Assembly: GCA_963783575.1 (NCBI GenBank)
Contig: CAWAOD010000009.1
Location: 444,153-508,152, forward strand
DNA length: 64,000 nucleotides
Origin: an uncultured Spirochaetota bacterium
Lineage (GTDB): Bacteria; Spirochaetota; Brevinematia; Brevinematales; JAOACQ01
Direction of reading: 5' to 3'
Shown: piece by piece, positions 10,212 to 18,977 of the stretch
Position numbering within the stretch: position 1 is the stretch's first letter
Layout of the letters: each line of letters begins with the position of its first letter
Program-made: the position numbers and the translations under genes
Notes under the pieces: model-generated
What the model saw: the letters and a program-made list of their open reading frames with translations, nothing else
Told to the model about the DNA's origin: nothing
The model's database searches: none

Positions 10212-12707
10212 ATGAAAAAATATTCGAATATTCTTCTGTTATCTATTTTCTTTATAATACTATCCTGTCTTTTGTTTTATAAAGGATTTCTTGGATATTC
10301 CCTTCAGGGAGCCGACGGTACATTAGGATGGCTAAAACTTATTTCATCAGGAAGCCCTGATCATATCAATATCATGAGGAATGATGTATGGCTTGGGAAT
10401 AAACTGGCACTTCCGACAAGTGTTTTTACTTTAATTCTTAATATATTTAATCCGGCTATGGTTGAATGGTTTGCTTTTTTGATCTCAGTTCTTTTATCGC
10501 TCATTTTCTGTTACCTTTTCCTCAGAAAATTGAATTTATCGGTTGTCGCTTCATTATTCGGATCCATAGCCTATTCTTTTGTACCGCATTTTATTACAAC
10601 GATTTTTAACTCCCAGATAAACCAGATGGATATGCTGTTTTATCCTCCGGCAATATTTTTCTTCCTTTCAATAATCTTCGATAAAACTGAAAAAGACCGT
10701 TTTAAAATATTTTTATCATTAATTCTTGCGGGAACCGCCTGGGGAATAATGATGACTGACGATCCTCAACGGGGCCTTTACTTTTCTATCGCGGCAGCTT
10801 GCTATATTTTATATAAAGTCATCATCAACAATGAGATAGAAATAAAAAATATTTTTACGATACTGAAAAGCAGAAATTTTCTTTTTGATGCCGGTAAAGT
10901 TTTAATTATTCTGATTTTTTTAGTTTTAGCTTTCGCTAATGGATTAAAAAGCTGGCAGGCGACAATTGCGCTTAGAAGCGCTCAAACTCAATATTCGCAG
11001 ACATCCCAGGAAGCTGCCGATGCAAAATGGAAACTTTCAACAATGTGGTCGCTTGACCCGGCGGAATTGATAGACTCTTTTGCTTTCGGATTCCATGGTA
11101 AGCTTACGGGAGACCAGGAAGCGCCTTACTGGGGTTCGAAAGAATATTGCGGCAACAGCGAGGCTTTCGGTTATTTCACAATTTTGTTTTCCATTATCGG
11201 AATATTCGCTTTTTACAGGAAGAACAATTTTGTTAAATTTTTCTTCTGGACAGGCTTATTAACCATATTGCTTTCTTTCGGAAAATTTTTGCCCGGTACA
11301 CCCTTTTACTGGCTGTTTTACCAGCTGCCATTAATGAAGAATTTCAGGGCGCCGGTAAAATATGTAAGCATCGCCTCGTTTGCCCTTGCCGTTTTATCGT
11401 CTTTCGGTATACAATATGTATTAAATTTAATAGACAGTGAAAATGAAAGATATAAAAAGATTTTGAATAATTGTCTTAAAGCAATCGCGATTTTTCTAGG
11501 GATTGGAATAATCTGGATTTTCTTTACCGTTCTGGCATCAAACGATTTGGCTTTTAATCTCGGCCAGAAGCTGCAAAATCAGGCAATGGGAAGTATAGCG
11601 GCAAATAATATGATTTTCTCTCTCTTTAGAATGATTATTTTTACCTTATTAGCCTTCGGTTTGTTGTTTATATTGTTCAAATATAAAGATAATGTCAAGG
11701 TTAAAAATATTATTGCCGGGACATTTATTTTGCTGTCTATTATCGACCTGTTGAGTATCGACTGGTTTTATATGGATAAAGCATATTTTAAGGAAAAAGA
11801 ATTTTACCGGCCTGACGGGACCGTTCAATTTCTGGTAAATGAAAATAAGAATGACTTATTCAGAGTTGGAACATCGCTTATGTATCCTGCAAATAACGGT
11901 CAGGCCCAGTCTTATCCGGTCACTGGCCTTAAAGGCTATTATCTTACATATATGTTCCCTTATTATAATATCCAATCGATGGATATAACCGCAATTTCAG
12001 GTGTGATAACGGAATACGATAATTTCTTTTTAAAATCTATTGAAGGTTCCATAACAAAACCGGTAAAAAATCTGGACGATTTGATAGATCTCAATCTCCG
12101 GTTGTTAAATCTGGCGAATATAAAGTATCTTATTCTGGATGGTATGTCCGGCAATTCGAATATTCTCCTGACAAATATTGTGAAGGGTTATGATAACAGG
12201 GATCATTATATTTACTATAATCCCGGATACCTGCCGAGATTGGGATTCTATGATAACTATCTTACGGTAAAAAGTAACGAGGATGCCCTCAAATATATTG
12301 GAGATAGATCTATCGATGTCCGAAATATCCTTATATTAAATGTAACGAATGAGGAAAGACTGGTTTCAACAAATGCAGTTGTACCTCTGAATAGTTCGAA
12401 TTACTTGTCCTGGAGAATTAAAACAAGCTTTACAGCCCCGAATGACGGAGCTCTGCTGTTTATATCAAAGTATGAACCGGATTGGAAAGCATATGTAGAC
12501 GGGAAAAAAGAGAAGATATATCAGGCCAATTATCTTGAAATGGGAATATTTGTTACTAAAGGATTGCATACGGTTGAATTCAAGTATGAGCCGGACAAAA
12601 TACCTTTGAGTATTTCCCTTTTTACTATAATTTTAGGGCTTTTGACCGCATTAGTCTATGGAATAAAAAATTTGGGTACCATTTTTAAGACTATAAAATC
12701 GAAATAG
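10212..12707 (+). CDS. large polytopic membrane protein, YfhO-like (putative GT-C type glycosyltransferase)
   Basis: 831 aa. About 13 hydrophobic helices over the first 520 aa, then a soluble beta-rich C-terminal domain and a final TM. Size and topology match YfhO-family proteins. The family assignment rests on architecture only. Confidence 0.4.
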   Translation: MKKYSNILLLSIFFIILSCLLFYKGFLGYSLQGADGTLGWLKLISSGSPDHINIMRNDVWLGNKLALPTSVFTLILNIFNPAMVEWFAFLISVLLSLIFCYLFLRKLNLSVVASLFGSIAYSFVPHFITTIFNSQINQMDMLFYPPAIFFFLSIIFDKTEKDRFKIFLSLILAGTAWGIMMTDDPQRGLYFSIAAACYILYKVIINNEIEIKNIFTILKSRNFLFDAGKVLIILIFLVLAFANGLKSWQATIALRSAQTQYSQTSQEAADAKWKLSTMWSLDPAELIDSFAFGFHGKLTGDQEAPYWGSKEYCGNSEAFGYFTILFSIIGIFAFYRKNNFVKFFFWTGLLTILLSFGKFLPGTPFYWLFYQLPLMKNFRAPVKYVSIASFALAVLSSFGIQYVLNLIDSENERYKKILNNCLKAIAIFLGIGIIWIFFTVLASNDLAFNLGQKLQNQAMGSIAANNMIFSLFRMIIFTLLAFGLLFILFKYKDNVKVKNIIAGTFILLSIIDLLSIDWFYMDKAYFKEKEFYRPDGTVQFLVNENKNDLFRVGTSLMYPANNGQAQSYPVTGLKGYYLTYMFPYYNIQSMDITAISGVITEYDNFFLKSIEGSITKPVKNLDDLIDLNLRLLNLANIKYLILDGMSGNSNILLTNIVKGYDNRDHYIYYNPGYLPRLGFYDNYLTVKSNEDALKYIGDRSIDVRNILILNVTNEERLVSTNAVVPLNSSNYLSWRIKTSFTAPNDGALLFISKYEPDWKAYVDGKKEKIYQANYLEMGIFVTKGLHTVEFKYEPDKIPLSISLFTIILGLLTALVYGIKNLGTIFKTIKSK

Positions 12708-12753
12708 AATAATAAATTATGTTAAAATATATCAGGATCAAGCGACACGCTTG

Positions 12754-15251
12754 TCAATTTGAAATCTCCGGTTTATTTGTAATATCGCCGATCAATTCCT
12801 GATAATTTTTACCCGTATAAACTGCATTTCCGTATATTGCAGCAATCCGCACAAGTTGAGGGATGCTCATATTTTCAGATTCCAGAAATAAAGGGATAAT
12901 ATAGAGCAGGCTTTCAACTCTGGTTTTGCTATTATTTATAGGAAGAAATTTAATGTTTCCCCTGAATATTTTTGATCCTTTTTGACTCCAGAGAGTAAAC
13001 ATACCGGAGAGTTTATCATCCTGATTGATTTTTGATTCGACCTGCATTGGCCCAAGATAACTGGCGGACGGGTCAGCTAAATGCAGGGACAGTTTGAGGC
13101 TTTTATCATAATATGCCAGGGCCCAACCGGCAAGATTTTCCTTACCCCTTGGAATAAATGGCTGAATAACTGAAAAATGGGCTCGCTGTTAGAAATATCA
13201 CCTGTATTATTTGTTTCAAAAACGGCGATCTGATAATACGGTTCGAAATTTTCAGGTTTATCACCGTAAATTTGTTTGGGAATTTCCCAAATATCGTCAC
13301 CGCTGTAAAAACTATCCTCATTTTCAACATGGTATTTGCATAAAACATCCGCTTGGATTTTTAAAAGGTTATACGGATAACGGTAATGCTTTTTTGTCCC
13401 TTCGGGAGCATTATTTTTAAAGAATCCCGGGAAAAGGGATTTATAAGCAAGCGCAACCGGATCATCGGGATCGGTAAGGTAATAATCAGTATCGCCAGAA
13501 TAAGCGTTTATAACCACTTTTACAGAATTCCGGATATAATTTAAAAACCCAAATCCGGACTTAAACTTTTCTGATATGGGAAATCTGTCCGATACTGTAT
13601 ATGCATCGATAATCCAGTACAATCCGCCATTTATAATAGTTATGTAAGGATCATTGTCATATTCCAGGAAAGGAAAAATCTTTTTAACCCTGTCCAGAAT
13701 CTGCCTGTGGTATATTATTGCGGAATCTTTTGTTATATAACTGCTGAGGAGAATATTTTTTTCATTAAACTCGGCTGAATAAAATAATTTTTTGAAAAAT
13801 CCGTCAAGTTTTACGCCCCTTTTCAGGTCATATCTTGTTGTAATTCTGTTTGTAGATGCGGTATAGTCAAATTCATCGGCTTTTGTGTTTATAATTATAT
13901 AATTACTGGTAAGCTCCCCAAAATAAATCCGGTTTTCCATTACGTTAAAATCATTGTATATTGGTTTTTGATCAAGATTTTCAAACCAAAAAACTGGATT
14001 GCCCTCATTATCGGCAAGAAAAGACGGCGATATAACTACTCCAAAGCCATGGGTATACCTGAGGTGGATATTATCCCAGTTCAATGAATCGGCAGGAATG
14101 GCCCCGATATTCAATTCTCTTGCGGATAACACAACCTGGGAAAGTTTTTCACGCCCCTTTTCGTCAGAGCCTGATTCCGCCGAATAAGCATCTATATCAA
14201 CATCATTGAATGTAAAATATGTTTTGATGCTCTGAACCTGGTTAATGACCCTTTTATAAGGATCGCTGTCCCAGATGCGGAGTGTGCTGAAAATATCGCC
14301 TATCTGTTTTTTCAAATTATTATATTCCGGATAGTACAGCGGAGAAAAACTAATTCCAAAACCGTATCTTGTCGCTTCAATCCGGTCTTTTATAAAGCTT
14401 CTCTGTACCATTATTTCATTGGGTTTTACATAAAGGTTATCCAGCAAATATGGGTAAAGTCCTGTTAATCCGAAATAAAACAGGATCAATAATCCCGGGA
14501 AAACTACCAGGTTAAGGATACTTAAACCGGAATTCTTCCTTAGTAAAGCAATTATCGAAAAAATAATAACTAAACCTATCCATATGAAATTACCGTAAAA
14601 ATTTCCGAAAAAGACTACATAATCGACTCCTAGTCTTGGATTCGGCTGGACAATAAGTTTTTCCAGTATCAGGCTGGCATAATATAATAAACCTGAAATT
14701 AATGCCAATACGTAACTTATGATTGATGAAGAGGCAAGAAAAATTTTTCCGCCGCGGATTTGAGCCTTTCCGCCTTCTTTATGGAGAATTAAGTTAAGCG
14801 CCAGTACTAATATAAAAAAAGTAAAAATCATCAGGAGAATTTGCCTGATTAAGGGAAGTTCGAACATATAAAAAAATGCGTTCAGATGAAAAAAGGGATC
14901 GCTATATCCGGATTCGATATGCAGGGGTTTGTAGATCAGGTATTTCCACCCCGATAATCCCCAGAAACCATATCCGGCGGCTATTAAAAGAAATATGATG
15001 CTTAAAATCAGATTCAACCTAATCCTTCTTATAACATAAAACCAGATAAAAAACATAAATAAAAAAATAAGAAATGGCAACAAAAAGTATATAGATTTGA
15101 TAAAAATTAGCCTGTAAAATATACCGGTATATCCCACGCTGCTAAACCAGAGCCATTCGGTAATATAATGAAAAATAAATTGATGGCAAATCACAAATAA
15201 TATAACAATTGATATTAGGACTGCACTAATAGTAATTAAAATTTTTTTCAT
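12754..15251 (-). CDS. UPF0182-family large membrane protein, split by an apparent -1 frameshift at a C4/G4 homopolymer (13145-13148)
   Basis: The 724-aa ORF (13077..15251) has 7 N-terminal TM helices and a long soluble domain. The 97-aa ORF (12754..13047) continues the C-terminal conserved block (PLFLESE..MSIPQLVRIAAIYGNAVYTGKNYQEL). Adding one G at the GGGG run gives a continuous ...SHLFQGGKENLAGWALAYYDKS... joint. Confidence 0.5.
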
Positions 15252-15949
15252 TATCTATCCTTTAAGTTATTTTTCCCAATTAAAAAACTTAACAGATTGA
15301 TTTCGTTTTCCAGGAATCCCAGGCTTAAAAGCTCTTCTTTTGTTTTTCCCCTTTTAATAAGGGTTTTTAACCGCTCGCTTCTGGGTAATTCATCCAGATT
15401 TACGGTTTCGGATTCCTCAATATGTTCATACAGAGCATTTTTAGGAAATATTTCCTCTTTATTAATTTTTCGATCCTGACCTTCCTTAACTCCTTCTTTC
15501 ATCAAACTTGGTGCTGCATCAGTATATCGCTCGGCTTCATTACCATGAGGAATGTTTGTTTTTGAGGCTCTTTGCTTAAGATCATTAATCCTTATTCCAA
15601 TATTAGGAGCTCTGGCAGATTCTTCTTTATGCTTTTTATCCTGTTTTGCGGCTGTCTTTTTTTCAACTAATTTTTCAATAACAATGGGTTTATTAGCTCT
15701 GTCGATTTTTTCATCAAGCTGCAATATTTTATTGTTTGCTTTTTTCATTATTTCCTGCAGTTCATTAATTTTACCTTCAATTAGCTCGATATTCCTTGCA
15801 GCGGCGCTGTTAAATTCAGTAATAAGGCCTTCAAGCTCTTTTTTGGAATCATCAATGATGATGTTTTCTTTAATATTTTTGATTTTATTGTTAGTAAGAA
15901 AAAACAGATAAACTGCAGTGCCGAAAATCAAAAGCGATACAAATATTTC
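15251..15949 (-). CDS. membrane-anchored coiled-coil protein
   Basis: Start moved to the internal ATG at 15949, which has an AAGGCGG RBS. One N-terminal TM (FVSLLIFGTAVYLFFL) is followed by a long charged heptad-rich region (ELQEIMKKANNKILQLDEKIDRANK...). The stop overlaps the UPF0182 start. Confidence 0.45.
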   Translation of the reverse strand, partial: EIFVSLLIFGTAVYLFFLTNNKIKNIKENIIIDDSKKELEGLITEFNSAAARNIELIEGKINELQEIMKKANNKILQLDEKIDRANKPIVIEKLVEKKTAAKQDKKHKEESARAPNIGIRINDLKQRASKTNIPHGNEAERYTDAAPSLMKEGVKEGQDRKINKEEIFPKNALYEHIEESETVNLDELPRSERLKTLIKRGKTKEELLSLGFLENEINLLSFLIGKNNLKDR

Positions 15950-16178
15950 CATTAGAAAACCGCCTTTATAACAAGCATACCATGGTACAAAAATAAAACG
16001 GAATAATAATATAATCCTTCTCGGTTTAAAAATCAAGGATAACAATTAACCAAAATCTTGATTAAATAAAATTACCCATTAAAATGTATTGATGAAATTT
16101 ATATAATCCGGATAATAGATGAATATATTGAAGTAAAAGCTTAAACTTTGTGAAAACTTTATTTTATTAAGGGGCGTA

Positions 16179-17792
16179 ATGATGAAACACCTGTTTATAA
16201 AATTTCCTTCCGGCAGAACATTCCTGATTGTCGATAAAATAGAAAAAGCAAGGAACATAAAAAGAACATATATTCTATTTTTTAATGTCGAAGCGTTGAA
16301 AAGAAATTTCGAAATTGACCTTCAATCCTTAAATAAAGGTTGTAATTGCTTTTACGCGACCCCCAGCAAAATCGGTGTGAAAAATATTACCAAGAAGGAA
16401 GGGAATTTTTATACTTTCCTTTGTGAAAAACCATCAATTAAAAAATTTTTCAATGATAATGTTTTTAATTTAATTAACGGGAATGATTCAAAAGATGAGA
16501 AGGCCGGAAACGGCAATCATTCTCTTAATGTTGAAGAGAAACAAAATGATTACTTGATTTTATCGGAAGAACCTTCCGGTAAAAACAAAATTTTAGCAAT
16601 CGAGGAAAGTTTTTGTCCTGTTTTTTATCTGTTTGTTTTAAATGAGAATTTCCCCGTAGCGTATTCCCCATTTTCTTATCATAAAGTTGAATTCAAGCAG
16701 AATGAACCCAACCAGGAAATACTTTCCCTTGGTAATGAAGGTGATTTCACAATAGCTTACCTATCGGATAATACAATTACAGTTTCCCCGAATTTCGGTG
16801 AGCTTGAAAGTTTATATGAGATAGACGCTATGGATATTATGATTAATTCAATAATGGGGCATTTGCATTTCAAAAATGTTACGTTATTAAAAGATTATAA
16901 CAATTATTCCATGATTTCAGAATATACCAGAAGATTTTTAAAAGTTAAAAATGTAAGTCATATATTTGCTCATACGGCCAGTGTTATGTTTGACAATGGC
17001 ATGATAAAAGAAAAAGGACTTGGAATTGTCTACGATAGCATCAGTTATGATATAGGAGATCAGATTCTCGGGGGTGAAATACTGTATGGAAACATTGGCA
17101 GTTACCAGGTTGTCGGAGGCTGGAAACCAGTTCCGTTGCCTGGTGGCGATATAGCGAATATCGAACCCTGGAGAATTGCGCTTGCCATAATTAAAGAAAC
17201 TTTAAATGAGGATGTGAATGATGTAAACCTTCCGATGATTACCAATTTGAGGAAAAATCCGAATTACAGTTATATTTTCGAAGCTATTAACAATAAAAAT
17301 ATTAACTATTCATTATCTTCAAGTATGCATCATATTGTAGCGGCGCTTGGCGAAATTATATTTTATGAAGAATCGACATTCGATTTTGATTTTTTTGAAA
17401 ATAAAATGGATAAATTTTTTATAAACAGCTGCCCATATGAACATTACCCAATCAGAATAATTGAAGAAGACGGCAGGTATTTAATCGATACTTACGATCT
17501 TTTTAAAAGGATTATTTCAGATCTTTTATTAAAAACTGATCCTTCTAATTTGATCTGTAATGCACTTGTAAGTATAGCTGCAGCAACAGGGCTACTAATT
17601 GAAAAACTTTCAAAAGTTTATAATGAAAAAAAGATAATTTTATCGGGCGAGTTTTTCAAACATCCGCATTTTTTGTCTTTAATTCATCAGGAATTGATAA
17701 ATAAGGGGTTTGAAGTCTATATTCCCAGGAATATACCTGTTGATGACAGCGGGATATCAGTCGGTCAAATCATTTATAAATATTTTGAATAA
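16179..17792 (+). CDS. HypF-like carbamoyltransferase module (Kae1/ASKHA-type C-terminal domain) lacking acylphosphatase and zinc-finger domains
   Basis: The C-terminal 300 aa follow the HypF Kae1-like domain pattern: HTASVMFDNG...GIVYDSISYDIGDQILGGEIL...PVPLPGGDIANIEPWRIALAII...SSSMHHIVAALGEII...LSGEFFKHPHFLSLIHQELINKGFEVYIPRNIPVDDSGISVGQ. The N-terminal about 230 aa are unassigned, possibly a degenerate YrdC-like domain. Confidence 0.5.
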   Translation: MMKHLFIKFPSGRTFLIVDKIEKARNIKRTYILFFNVEALKRNFEIDLQSLNKGCNCFYATPSKIGVKNITKKEGNFYTFLCEKPSIKKFFNDNVFNLINGNDSKDEKAGNGNHSLNVEEKQNDYLILSEEPSGKNKILAIEESFCPVFYLFVLNENFPVAYSPFSYHKVEFKQNEPNQEILSLGNEGDFTIAYLSDNTITVSPNFGELESLYEIDAMDIMINSIMGHLHFKNVTLLKDYNNYSMISEYTRRFLKVKNVSHIFAHTASVMFDNGMIKEKGLGIVYDSISYDIGDQILGGEILYGNIGSYQVVGGWKPVPLPGGDIANIEPWRIALAIIKETLNEDVNDVNLPMITNLRKNPNYSYIFEAINNKNINYSLSSSMHHIVAALGEIIFYEESTFDFDFFENKMDKFFINSCPYEHYPIRIIEEDGRYLIDTYDLFKRIISDLLLKTDPSNLICNALVSIAAATGLLIEKLSKVYNEKKIILSGEFFKHPHFLSLIHQELINKGFEVYIPRNIPVDDSGISVGQIIYKYFE

Positions 17793-17815
17793 TGCTTTTT
17801 GAAATAATGGAAAAA

Positions 17816-18955
17816 TTAAAGAAATTTTTTGAGTCCTTCAATTTCTGAAGGGTTATCTATTGTCTTAGAGATAAGACGTGTATCATCCCTCCTTAAGTCT
17901 GCCTCTATTGGGTTTCTGAGCGGCACTCCCTCAAAATTCTTTATAATCGCAATTTCAGGACGCATTGTATATTCCGTTTCTTTTGAAGTAATATAACCGA
18001 TTTCACCGGTATTCAGAATAACAAATGAGCCTACGGGATAAAATGATCCAAGATCATACATAAGCGCCATTTCATTTATAAAACGCTGAGATGCATATGG
18101 ATTAAAATGGGTTAATGTATTTCTCATTATATATATCAGCGCTTCATTCACGGAAAGGGGTTTCCTATACGCTCTTTCCGTTGTCAAAGCATCATAAACA
18201 TCACAAACAGCTATAATACCGGCAAAATTACCTATCGATTCCGATTTAAGCTGCAAAGGATACCCGCTTCCATCCCATCTTTCATGATGGAAAAGAACCA
18301 TCTTCTTGGAATAATTTGTAAGTGATTTATCATCTTTTAGTAATTCGAACCCGAGAATCGGATGGTTTTTCATAATCTTAAATTCTTCCGGTGTCAAGGC
18401 CGATCTTTTATTAACAATTGCCTGAGATATTTTAATTTTGCCTATATCATGCAGGAATCCGCCAAGCCCTGCTTCTTCAGAGTAAATATTGTTAAAGCCC
18501 AATTTTTTTGTAAGGTACATAGATAAAATTCCAACATTAATTGAATGATAATAAGTGTAAGAATCGTATTCCCTCAAAACAAGAAGGTTAAGAAATCCCG
18601 TAATGTATCTCTGCATCTCTCCAAAAAATTTCTCAATTGCCGTTTTTGCAGGTTTTACGTCGGGAAGCTTACCATTTGTTATTTGATTGGCAATTTCCTC
18701 AATCGCGTTCTTCGCGAATTCCTGGGTTTCAGTTGAAAATATCGGTTCTTTTAAAATTGAAGTCTTAAATTTTGGAGGAGAATAATAAACAAATTTAATG
18801 TTGTTTTCTTTAAGTTCATTTATAAAAGAAGTATTTACAGGTGTCGATGCTGGCCAGAACATGTTTCCTTTATCATCATATAATATTCCGGAAAGAATAT
18901 CCCCGGAATTTAAAAAGTTAACATCGACCTTTTCGAGTTTTTCCATATCTAACAT
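17816..18955 (-). CDS. HD-GYP domain c-di-GMP phosphodiesterase with unassigned N-terminal sensor domain
   Basis: HDIGK, HHERWDGSGYP and CDVYDALTTERAYR motifs. Confidence 0.8.
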   Translation of the reverse strand: MLDMEKLEKVDVNFLNSGDILSGILYDDKGNMFWPASTPVNTSFINELKENNIKFVYYSPPKFKTSILKEPIFSTETQEFAKNAIEEIANQITNGKLPDVKPAKTAIEKFFGEMQRYITGFLNLLVLREYDSYTYYHSINVGILSMYLTKKLGFNNIYSEEAGLGGFLHDIGKIKISQAIVNKRSALTPEEFKIMKNHPILGFELLKDDKSLTNYSKKMVLFHHERWDGSGYPLQLKSESIGNFAGIIAVCDVYDALTTERAYRKPLSVNEALIYIMRNTLTHFNPYASQRFINEMALMYDLGSFYPVGSFVILNTGEIGYITSKETEYTMRPEIAIIKNFEGVPLRNPIEADLRRDDTRLISKTIDNPSEIEGLKKFL

Positions 18956-18977
18956 ATAAACCCCGGATATATAACTA

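Noticed and set aside
12754-15251. Calling UPF0182, the SPFH-SHOCT gene (31523..32513) and fhs (37077..38709) true pseudogenes
   Set aside because: Each break is a single-base indel located on a G/C homopolymer or GGGCCC site. Both flanking halves are intact and conserved, and one-base correction restores full-length proteins. Systematic assembly error is more parsimonious than three independent inactivations of core genes.
15950-16045. N-terminal 32 codons of the 264-aa ORF (MLSLIFKPRRIILLFRF...)
   Set aside because: There is no RBS, and a strongly hydrophobic TM start with a good RBS occurs at the internal Met at 15949. The upstream part is probably untranslated leader.
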